In this document: positions 7,890-15,626 of the stretch, piece after piece | Layout of the letters: each line of letters begins with the position of its first letter | Position numbering within the stretch: position 1 is the first letter of the stretch | Assembly (NCBI GenBank): GCA_037381445.1 | Contig: JARRQT010000140.1 | Span: forward strand, 1-17,904 | Direction: 5' to 3' | DNA from: Calditrichia bacterium | GTDB taxonomy: Bacteria; Calditrichota; Calditrichia; RBG-13-44-9 | Length of the DNA stretch: 17,904 nucleotides | The notes under the pieces: model-generated | The model's input: the letters and a program-made list of their open reading frames with translations, nothing else | What the model was told of the DNA's origin: nothing | The model's database searches: none | Program-made: the position numbers and the translations under genes

Positions 7890-9203
7890 ATGAACAGAAT
7901 ATATCTGGATCACAGCGCCACCACCCCGGTCGATGTCCGGGTGGCGGAAGCCATGCTGCCCTATTTTTCAGAGATTTATGGAAATCCTTCCAGCATCCAC
8001 CGCTTCGGGCAGGAGACCCGCGCCGCAGTTGAAAAATCCCGGAACAGAATTGCCGGTTTGCTGAATGCCCGGGAGAGCGAGCTCTATTTTTTAAGCGGCG
8101 GAACGGAAGCAGACAATCTGGCAATTCAGGGAGCCGCCCGCGCACTTTCCAGCCGGGGGAAACATATTATCACCGCCAAAACCGAGCATAAGGCGGTGCT
8201 GCAGTCCTGCAAAGCATTGGAGAAAGAGGGATTCACCGTAACCTATTTGAATGTGGATGAATTCGGGCGGGTGGATCCGGAACGTGTCGCGGCAGCAATC
8301 AGAAATGATACGATTTTGATAACTGTCATGCACGCCAATAATGAGGTTGGAACCATCAATCTCGTTACTGAAATCGGCCGTATTGCCAAGGAGAATAAAA
8401 TCCTTTTCCATACCGATGCCGTGCAGAGTTTCGGAAAAATAAGACTGGATGTGGATGAGCTGAACGCCGACCTGGTGAGTATCTCGGCACACAAAATTTA
8501 TGGCCCCAAGGGGATCGGTGCGCTCTATATCCGCCGCGGCACAGGGATCAATAAACTGATCCACGGCGGAAGCCATGAACGCAACCGACGGGCCGGTACC
8601 GAAAATGTTCCGGGGATTGTGGGATTTGCCAGGGCTGCTGAGCTGGCTTCCCAAAACCTGGAAAGCAACACTGAATATATGACAAACCTGAGAAATTATT
8701 TTCAGGAGCAGTTGATAAACCGAATAAATGGGGTAACCGTTAACGGACATCCAGAGCAGCGTTTATGCAATAATCTGAATGTATCATTCCGGGATTGCGA
8801 GGCCGAGGCGCTGCTTCTCAGTCTGGATATGGCAGGAGTTGCCGCTTCCGCCGGCTCGGCCTGCTCCTCGGGGAGCCTAGAAACATCGCATGTTCTTCGG
8901 GCCATGGGTTTGCCCAAAAACAGGATTGGATCGGCCATCCGCTTCAGCCTGGGACCCACTAATACCAGAGAAGAAATCGATGCCGTGGTTGGGATGTGCT
9001 GCAGCGATCTTCGCAAATTCCTCCACGCTCAGATTTTTACCCTTCAGTCCCAGTTCCTTGTATTCTTTCTCATTGGTTCGTATAAAATCCTTCAGGGGCT
9101 GATTACTCATCTTAATAATTTCCGTCAATTTTTGGGCATCTATCCCCTCTTTCATGTAGTCAATAATGAGCGGGCTAATATTTTTGTTCTCCAAAAATTG
9201 TAG
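7890..9203 (+). CDS. iscS: Group I cysteine desulfurase (IscS/NifS family); homology stops at ~8990 and the last ~70 codons are read-through into arsC antisense
   Basis: IYLDHSATTP, GNPSSIH, SGGTEADN, HANNEVG, FHTDAVQ, PLP-lysine motif SAHKIYGPKG, catalytic SAGSACSSG, IRFSLG..NTREEID; then the non-homologous GMCCSDLRKF... Confidence 0.88.
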   Translation: MNRIYLDHSATTPVDVRVAEAMLPYFSEIYGNPSSIHRFGQETRAAVEKSRNRIAGLLNARESELYFLSGGTEADNLAIQGAARALSSRGKHIITAKTEHKAVLQSCKALEKEGFTVTYLNVDEFGRVDPERVAAAIRNDTILITVMHANNEVGTINLVTEIGRIAKENKILFHTDAVQSFGKIRLDVDELNADLVSISAHKIYGPKGIGALYIRRGTGINKLIHGGSHERNRRAGTENVPGIVGFARAAELASQNLESNTEYMTNLRNYFQEQLINRINGVTVNGHPEQRLCNNLNVSFRDCEAEALLLSLDMAGVAASAGSACSSGSLETSHVLRAMGLPKNRIGSAIRFSLGPTNTREEIDAVVGMCCSDLRKFLHAQIFTLQSQFLVFFLIGSYKILQGLITHLNNFRQFLGIYPLFHVVNNERANIFVLQKL

Positions 9204-9257
9204 CCCTTCCCGACTTTTCCTGCAGCGGGGATTATGCCAAATTTTCACTTCATTCAT
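8877..9257 (-). pseudogene. arsC: ArsC/Spx-family (glutaredoxin-type arsenate reductase-like) gene, 3'-truncated at ~8990
   Basis: GGAGG RBS; IWHNPRCRKSR (HX3CX3R), IIDY, FIRTNEKEYKELGL, ...AAAHP; the expected 'L..RPI..GRP' C-terminus is replaced by iscS antisense sequence. Confidence 0.75.
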
Positions 9258-9528
9258 GCCATCCTCCTTTGTAATTCAACGAAACAAGAGCAGTTTTCCG
9301 ATAAAATTTCGAACACTTTTGAAATATAATAATCAAATTTCCTTTTTCACATTTTTTATTACATGGGGATTTAGGAAATCCGGGAATAATCCCCAAATGC
9401 CTTTTGCCGCCGAAAGAAGATATGCAATTTATTAAAATATTTAAAATTTTATGACAATATTGCAAGATTTTTTTGAATTTTTATCAATTTGGCATTAAAT
9501 TAAAACAACGAAAAATGGGGGTAACAGA

Positions 9529-10302
9529 ATGTCCTCGGATATCCGTATTAAATTTTTAGGAACCGGAAGCATTTTACCCGACCCCGACAGATCATGTTCT
9601 TCCCTGCTCATTGAGACAATAAAAGAAAAAATTCTTGTGGATGTGGGCCCCGGAACATTACATCGTTTGAAAGACATAAAAATTGCACCTCATGAATTAA
9701 CTTATATCTTCATCACCCATTTTCATCCGGACCACGTTTCGGATCTTGTGCCCATTTTATTTGCGCTGAAAAACATGCATAGCTATTCGCATAACACATC
9801 CCTGCGGGTTTGGGGTCCCCGGGGCTTCATTAATTTTATGCATGGAATGGAAATCGCGTATGGCAAATGGCTCCATTCCACAGATGATAATTTTAAATTT
9901 TATGAGCTGAAGCGCCGCCTGCTGGATTTCCCGGGATTCCGCTTGATCTGGGGAAAGGTAATCCATAAAAATGAAAGCGTCGGTTATCGTTTCGAAATCA
10001 ATAATAAGATAATTGCCATTTCGGGCGACAGCGGGTACTGCGCCGAGCTCACCCGTTTGTGCAAGGATGCCGACCTGGCAATACTGGAATGTTCTTACCC
10101 TGATGAACTCGCCGTGGAAGGCCATCTGTCACCTAGTCTGGCGGCCAAAATCGCCAGCGACGCCAATGTGAAACGTCTGGTACTGACACATTTTTACCCC
10201 GCAACAACCGCCAGCAATGTGAGGGAGGTTGCTGAAAAATATTACAAAGGGCCCATTAGTCTCGCCGAAGATCTGTGGGAAGACAGGCTCGCGATCTCCT
10301 GA
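9529..10302 (+). CDS. Metallo-beta-lactamase-fold hydrolase (RNase Z/AtsA-like)
   Basis: FLGTGS, ILVDVGPG, THFHPDHVSD (HxHxDH), H..SVGYRF, SGDSG, LAILECS, GHLSP, LVLTHFYP. Confidence 0.88.
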   Translation: MSSDIRIKFLGTGSILPDPDRSCSSLLIETIKEKILVDVGPGTLHRLKDIKIAPHELTYIFITHFHPDHVSDLVPILFALKNMHSYSHNTSLRVWGPRGFINFMHGMEIAYGKWLHSTDDNFKFYELKRRLLDFPGFRLIWGKVIHKNESVGYRFEINNKIIAISGDSGYCAELTRLCKDADLAILECSYPDELAVEGHLSPSLAAKIASDANVKRLVLTHFYPATTASNVREVAEKYYKGPISLAEDLWEDRLAIS

Positions 10303-10386
10303 AAATTCAGGCTGTTGCTGATTCTCCGGAAGAATACCCGGGAAGATCGTTTTCAATCACCCGCCAGACGCCATAGCAAAATTTAC

Positions 10387-10415
10387 TTGACTAAATTGCA
10401 TCATTTCTTTATGTT
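10387..10415 (+). promoter_or_regulatory. Putative sigma70-type promoter for the GDPD-ferredoxin-ispH-queG run
   Basis: TTGACT (10387-10392)-N17-TATGTT (10410-10415). Confidence 0.4.
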
Positions 10416-10528
10416 CGATCTTGCTTGAAGACGCCGTTTGATCTGTATGAAAGAAACGGATTTTTTGCCGTATAAATTTTAAATCGGCCAGCAATGGTTT
10501 TGATGAGAAGGATTTAAAGAAGATAATT

Positions 10529-11266
10529 TTGAATTTTCCCATAATATTTGCTCACAGGGGGGCCAACAGTTTTGCGCCGGAAAACTCGCTGGCCGCCATC
10601 CATAAAGCGATTGAACTGGGTTGCGACGGCATTGAACTGGACGTGCGTCTCAGCGCCGACGGAGAAGTTGTCGTTTTTCACGACCGGAACACCCTGCGCA
10701 TGACTGGTACTCCCGGAAGCGTGGGACGCCTGCCATTATCACGCCTCAAACAGTTTAGACTGCTTCAACGGGATGAGCCCGCGGAATCGATCCCCACATT
10801 GCAGGAAGCCCTGGAACTTGCAGGAGATAAGATTCTCATCAATCTCGATGTCAAAAAAGAAAGTATGGTCAAAAATGGAGTTGAGGAAAAAGTCATTAAA
10901 ATTCTGCAGGACCAGCATCTGGAAGAAAATATTATCATCTCCTCTTTCAATCCGATGGTCCTCAACAAATTTCGTTCCATGAATCCCAACCTGCATTTGG
11001 GTTTTATTTACCGTAACCGTTCAAGCCTGCTGATGCTGAACGGTCAGCCGGTGCGATCCATGCATGTGCGCTACCGGCTGCTCAGTTTGAGGCATCTGAA
11101 AAATCTGCGCCAGCGGGGATGCCGGATATACGCCTGGACGGTGGATGATCCGGCAGCCATACGCGATCTGATGAATAAAAATGTGGATGGAATTATTACA
11201 AACAGACCGGAACTGTATTTTAGCCTGAAGGATAGAATAATCCGGGATGAAAATCGAACAGGCTAA
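10529..11266 (+). CDS. Cytoplasmic glycerophosphodiester phosphodiesterase (UgpQ/GlpQ family)
   Basis: IFAHRGA...PENSL, GIELDVRLSADG.VVVFHD, IPTLQE, ISSFN, AWTVDD, VDGIITNRP; TTG start; no signal peptide. Confidence 0.92.
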   Translation: MNFPIIFAHRGANSFAPENSLAAIHKAIELGCDGIELDVRLSADGEVVVFHDRNTLRMTGTPGSVGRLPLSRLKQFRLLQRDEPAESIPTLQEALELAGDKILINLDVKKESMVKNGVEEKVIKILQDQHLEENIIISSFNPMVLNKFRSMNPNLHLGFIYRNRSSLLMLNGQPVRSMHVRYRLLSLRHLKNLRQRGCRIYAWTVDDPAAIRDLMNKNVDGIITNRPELYFSLKDRIIRDENRTG

Positions 11267-11328
11267 AATGTATTTCAAAGCGAAGCGCATAAATAATAAG
11301 TCCCGGGAGTTAATGCAAAGGGGAATAA

Positions 11329-11532
11329 ATGATACTGATTGACGAACAAAAATGTGATCTGTGCGGCACCTGTGTCGGCGTATGCCCTGAAAATGTAATG
11401 GGCCTTTCCATCACCCGACTGACTATCGATCACGAGGGGTGTACCCTGTGCAGCAAATGCGTGTGGGTTTGTCCGGTGCGGGCGCTGGAACTGGAGATTC
11501 CGCAGAAAACGGAAATTTCAGAGAATTTATGA
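11329..11532 (+). CDS. 2[4Fe-4S] dicluster ferredoxin
   Basis: Two CxxCxxCxxxCP motifs (CDLCGTCVGVCP; CTLCSKCVWVCP); 67 aa; AGGGGA RBS. Confidence 0.92.
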   Translation: MILIDEQKCDLCGTCVGVCPENVMGLSITRLTIDHEGCTLCSKCVWVCPVRALELEIPQKTEISENL

Positions 11533-12395
11533 AAATTCTGATAGATGAAAAGGCCGGCTTCTGCAAAGGCGTTGAACGGGTCATCAAGATGGCGGAACGC
11601 CGTTTTACGGCGAAGAAACCGGTTTATGCGCTGGGGGAATTAATCCATAATCACGAAGAGACCCGGCGCCTCTACGAAAAGGGCTTGCGGGTGGTAAATG
11701 ATTCTGTGTTTGCCCATCCGGAATCTCTGGGGAACGGAAGGCAACTGCTGATACGTGCCCATGGCGAGCCGCCCGCGACATTTGAAAATGCCCGGACAGC
11801 GGGTATCGAACTAATAGACGGCACCTGCCCGGTGGTAGCCCGATCGCAAAAGCTGGCCCGTGAATATCATGAAAAGGGATATCAGGTTATTATTGTTGGC
11901 AAGGAGCATCACCCGGAGGTCATCGGGATCGCGGGGCATTGCGAGGGAGACTGTGCGGTTGTTTTGCGGGATGAAGACCTGCGGAAAATTGATCTCTCGC
12001 GCAGGATTTTCGTGCTGGCCCAAACCACCATTTCCGGGACAATTTTCCGGCAGATTATCCAAAAAATGGAAACCATGGGATTGGACATGACGGTTAAAAA
12101 CACTATCTGCCGTTTTATTTCCGGCCGCGACAGACAGATTCAGGAATTTGCCCGCAACTGCGACATCATCATCATGGTGGGCGGAAAACACAGTTCCAAC
12201 ACCAGAGTGTTGTTCCGGGTCTGCCGGGACAACAATGCCCGCTCATTCTGGGTGGAAAATGCAGGTGAACTCGACCGGGACTGGTTCTCGAATGGCGATG
12301 TGGTTGGAATTACCGGCAGCGCTTCCACGCCCCGCTGGCTGATGGAGGATATCGGGCAGGCAATAGAAAAACATTTTCAGCCTGCGAAAAAATGA
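11529..12395 (+). CDS. ispH: 4-hydroxy-3-methylbut-2-enyl diphosphate reductase IspH (LytB)
   Basis: True start is probably the ATG at 11529 (MKILIDEKAGFCKGV; ATGA overlap with the ferredoxin stop); LIHN, IRAHG, DGTCPVV, QTT, NTIC, SSNT, GITGSASTP. Confidence 0.95.
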   Translation: MKILIDEKAGFCKGVERVIKMAERRFTAKKPVYALGELIHNHEETRRLYEKGLRVVNDSVFAHPESLGNGRQLLIRAHGEPPATFENARTAGIELIDGTCPVVARSQKLAREYHEKGYQVIIVGKEHHPEVIGIAGHCEGDCAVVLRDEDLRKIDLSRRIFVLAQTTISGTIFRQIIQKMETMGLDMTVKNTICRFISGRDRQIQEFARNCDIIIMVGGKHSSNTRVLFRVCRDNNARSFWVENAGELDRDWFSNGDVVGITGSASTPRWLMEDIGQAIEKHFQPAKK

Positions 12396-12456
12396 CCGGT
12401 GGAGGCAATGTCGCCTTTCCGGATTCGTCCGGAGCAAAAAATCAGCATTAGTATTC

Positions 12457-13422
12457 ATGAAAAATCTTTCCGAAAAGATAAAACAAAAAGCAATGGATCT
12501 GGGGTTTTCTGTAGCCGGTATCACAGGCCCGGAAGAACTGCAAGATGCCGCAAAGGACCTCAGCGAGTTCTTGGCAAAAAATTACCACGGCACCATGGAC
12601 TGGATGCCCGCAACAGAAAAAGAGAGAACATCGCCGGCAGCATTCTTTCCTGATGTAAAATCCATAGTGATGGTTGCTCACAATTACTATCGGAATGATG
12701 AAGGAATGATGGCGCCCGAAGGTTCGGGGACCATTTCATTATATGCCCGGGGAAGAGATTATCACCGGGTGGTGCGAAAAAAGCTGAAAAAGCTGCTTAA
12801 CTGGTTAGCGGAACAAACACCGGACGCCAGGGGCCGAATATTTGTCGATTCATTCCCCATTATGGAAAAACCGCTGGCACAGCGGGCAGGAATCGGCTGG
12901 ATCGCCAAAAACGCCACCCTGATCATCAAAGGAAAAGGCTCATATTTTTTTCTGGGCGGCATTTTGCTGAATATTGATTTGCCGCCGGACCAGCCGTTTA
13001 CAGGGGATTTCTGCGGAAAGTGCACCCGGTGTCAGCAGGCCTGTCCTACCGGGGCTCTCGTTCAGCCTTTCCGCATCGACGCCAGCCGCTGCATCTCCTA
13101 TCTCACCATAGAACACAAGGGCGAAATAGATCCCCTTTTCCACAGAAAAATGGGGAATTATACCTTCGGCTGTGATATCTGCCAGACGGTTTGTCCGTGG
13201 AACCGGCAGTTTTCTGCAGAAACCGAAGAAACGGACTTCAGGAGCCGTTTCAGGGACTCGGACCTGCTGTTGAGCTTTCTGGCCGGCATCAAACGGGATG
13301 AATTTGAAAAGATGTTCGAGGGCACGCCGGTGCGCCGGGCGGGCTATGAAAATTTTAAGCGGAATGTAGAAATCGCCCGCTCCAATATGTCTCCGAATCG
13401 AAAAAATTCTAAAAGAAGTTGA
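12457..13422 (+). CDS. queG: Epoxyqueuosine reductase QueG
   Basis: YHGTMDWM, YARGRDYH, FVDS.PIMEK, AGIGWIAKN, GSYFFLG, CGKCTRCQQACP, CISYLTIE, GCDICQTVCPWN. Confidence 0.95.
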   Translation: MKNLSEKIKQKAMDLGFSVAGITGPEELQDAAKDLSEFLAKNYHGTMDWMPATEKERTSPAAFFPDVKSIVMVAHNYYRNDEGMMAPEGSGTISLYARGRDYHRVVRKKLKKLLNWLAEQTPDARGRIFVDSFPIMEKPLAQRAGIGWIAKNATLIIKGKGSYFFLGGILLNIDLPPDQPFTGDFCGKCTRCQQACPTGALVQPFRIDASRCISYLTIEHKGEIDPLFHRKMGNYTFGCDICQTVCPWNRQFSAETEETDFRSRFRDSDLLLSFLAGIKRDEFEKMFEGTPVRRAGYENFKRNVEIARSNMSPNRKNSKRS

Positions 13423-13585
13423 AATACCCGTAGGAGCGGCTGTCAGCAAAATTTATTGAAAAGAGTGATGTCCGGCAACATCAAGAGGAAATCCTGATTT
13501 ATTATTTTGATGAATTTTTCAACATTATTCATTACATTAGAGGTTTAAAATATTCAGAAAGCAATAATTATCCGGAAATTATGAC

Positions 13586-15523
13586 ATGGAAATCCTGCAA
13601 TCAATCAATTCACCGGAAGACTTAAAAACGCTAAACCGGGAAGAACTCGGGAAATTGTCCGAGGAGATCCGCCATTACCTGGTGGAAGTCATTCCTGCGG
13701 TGGGAGGACATTTTGCCTCCAGCCTGGGAGTAGTCGAATTAACCATCGCCCTGCATTATATTTTTAATACTCCGGAGGACCAGCTGGTTTGGGATGTGGG
13801 GCATCAGGCTTATGCCCACAAAGTGATTACCGGCCGCAGAGACGAATTAAAATCGATCCGGCAGTACAGCGGCATCAGCGGTTTTCCCAAAAGATCGGAA
13901 AGCGTCTACGACACATTCGGGGTGGGCCATGCCAGTACTTCCATCTCGGCGGCCCTGGGGCTGGCCGCCGCCCGCGATCTGCAGGGAAAAAAGAACAAAG
14001 TGGTGGCCATCATCGGCGACGGTTCCTTGACCGGCGGACTGGCATTTGAAGGTTTGAATAATGCCGGACAGTCCGGACGAAATCTGCTGGTAGTACTCAA
14101 CGATAACAACATGTCCATTTCGCCCAACGTAGGGGCCATCTCCAACTACCTGAACCTCATCATCACCAATCCGTTTTATGAGAAGGTGAAAGCGGAAGTA
14201 TGGGATTTTACGGCCCGGATTCCTCCCCTGACTGATAAGATTCGCAGCCTGGTACGCAGGACCCAGGACAGTATCAAAACCTTCATTCTGCCCGGCCTGT
14301 TTTTCGAGGACCTCGGTTTCCGCTATTTCGGTCCCATTAACGGGCACAGCCTGGACGAACTGCTGCAGATATTGGGAAGGATCAAGGATCTGCCAGGTCC
14401 CATTCTTCTGCACGTCCTGACCAAAAAAGGGAAGGGTTTTGCGGAAGCGGAGGAACACCCGGAACAATATCACGGCATCAGCGCCAACCATGTCAACGGT
14501 GCCGCCAATCCGAGCGAGAAAAAGACATATTCGTACATGGATATATTTGGCAAAACCATGATCCAACTGGCGGAGAAGAATGAAAAATTGTGCGCCATTA
14601 CCGCCGCCATGGGAGAAGGCACCGGCCTGCACAATTTTCAGCATAAATTCGCCGAACGGTTTTTCGATGTCGGGATCGCTGAGGGACATGCGGTTACTTT
14701 TGCAGCCGGACTGGCGGCGGCGGGCAGCCGGCCGGTGGTCGCCATCTATTCCACATTCATGCAGAGGGCATTCGACCAGATGATCCACGATGTGGCGCTG
14801 CAGAAGCTTCCCGTCATCTTTGCCATGGATCGAGCCGGAATTGTGGGAGAAGACGGCCCCACTCACCACGGAGCATTTGATATTTCCTACGCTAATTCCA
14901 TCCCCGATCTCATCATATCCGCTCCTAAAAACGGGCTGGAGCTGCGGAACCTGCTCTACACCGCTCAGGTTCAGAGTGAATTTCCTTTTGTTATTCGATA
15001 TCCCCGGAGCAAAGCCCCGGACTTTATTGATTTTCAGGAAAAATTCAAAGAAATACCAATCGGCAGTTGGGAAATAGTCCATACCGGCAAAAAGCTGCTG
15101 GTGCTTTCCGTGGGAACCATGGTGGAAGAAAGCCTGAGGACGCTGGAAATCTTACAGAAAAGCGGCCTCAACCCGACTGTTATCAATTGCCGCTTCGTGA
15201 AACCATTCGATGAAAAGATGCTGCATGACCTGCTGCGCACCCATAAACAAATTTATACGATTGAGGAAAACAGCCGGGAAGGCGGATTCGGTCAGAAAAT
15301 TGCCGCTTTTTTGCATGAGCATGGATACGGCGATCATGTTCACCTGAAAATCAAGGGTATCCCGGACCAGTTTCTGACCCATGGCGCGCGGGAAGTGATG
15401 CTGGAAAAAGCAGGACTCTCTGCCGGAAAAATAGCAGAATGGATTTTAACTGATAACGGTCTTGAGGGTGATGTAAGCAGCTTATCGGAAAAATATGAAG
15501 AAGAATCAAAACCGATTCTTTGA
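13586..15523 (+). CDS. dxs: 1-deoxy-D-xylulose-5-phosphate synthase
   Basis: GGHFASSLGVVELT, WDVGHQAY.HK, GHASTSISA, TPP motif GDGSLTGG...NDN, FDVGIAEGHAV, YSTFMQRA.DQ, GEDGPTHHG, IRYPR; 645 aa. Confidence 0.98.
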   Translation: MEILQSINSPEDLKTLNREELGKLSEEIRHYLVEVIPAVGGHFASSLGVVELTIALHYIFNTPEDQLVWDVGHQAYAHKVITGRRDELKSIRQYSGISGFPKRSESVYDTFGVGHASTSISAALGLAAARDLQGKKNKVVAIIGDGSLTGGLAFEGLNNAGQSGRNLLVVLNDNNMSISPNVGAISNYLNLIITNPFYEKVKAEVWDFTARIPPLTDKIRSLVRRTQDSIKTFILPGLFFEDLGFRYFGPINGHSLDELLQILGRIKDLPGPILLHVLTKKGKGFAEAEEHPEQYHGISANHVNGAANPSEKKTYSYMDIFGKTMIQLAEKNEKLCAITAAMGEGTGLHNFQHKFAERFFDVGIAEGHAVTFAAGLAAAGSRPVVAIYSTFMQRAFDQMIHDVALQKLPVIFAMDRAGIVGEDGPTHHGAFDISYANSIPDLIISAPKNGLELRNLLYTAQVQSEFPFVIRYPRSKAPDFIDFQEKFKEIPIGSWEIVHTGKKLLVLSVGTMVEESLRTLEILQKSGLNPTVINCRFVKPFDEKMLHDLLRTHKQIYTIEENSREGGFGQKIAAFLHEHGYGDHVHLKIKGIPDQFLTHGAREVMLEKAGLSAGKIAEWILTDNGLEGDVSSLSEKYEEESKPIL

Positions 15524-15557
15524 TCATATTCTATTGTGCTTTAAAATATCTTTCTGT

Positions 15558-15592
15558 AAAGGAACATCCATTTGATGTTCCTTTTTTATTTT
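15558..15592 (+). terminator. Rho-independent terminator of dxs
   Basis: Perfect 11-bp stem AAAGGAACATC / GATGTTCCTTT (15558-15568 / 15574-15584), 5-nt loop, then TTTATTTT. Confidence 0.8.
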
Positions 15593-15594
15593 AC

Positions 15595-15624
15595 GCCGGA
15601 TGAAGCCCGAATTCGGGATTCGGC
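15595..15624 (-). terminator. GC-rich hairpin immediately after the selB stop
   Basis: GCCGGAT...ATTCGGC enclosing the palindrome CCCGAATTCGGG; no U-tract on the minus strand, so terminator function is uncertain. Confidence 0.35.
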
Positions 15625-15626
15625 AT

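Noticed and set aside
7605..9004. 14-bp inverted match TGCAGCACATCCCA between the SPOR gene (~7605-7618) and the iscS/arsC junction (~8990-9003)
   Set aside because: About one such match is expected by chance in 18 kb; the SPOR gene is intact, so there is no evidence for an inversion.
10298..10343. CCGG-containing hairpins after several stop codons as a REP family
   Set aside because: The copies share little beyond CCGG, which is frequent throughout this sequence; no consistent repeat consensus.
11439..11528. Longer ispH N-terminus given by the ORF track
   Set aside because: It overlaps the ferredoxin out of frame; IspH similarity begins at the ATG at 11529.
13421..13500. Possible TPP riboswitch upstream of TPP-dependent dxs (GAAATACCCGTA resembles part of the thi-box)
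   Set aside because: Lacks the CUGAGA motif, P2/P3 stems and the correctly placed P4/P5 arm; treated as coincidence.
13847..15082. 411-aa antisense ORF (also 3356..4090, 8091..8750, 16799..17383 and similar)
   Set aside because: These are shadow ORFs opposite well-conserved genes and show no protein motifs.
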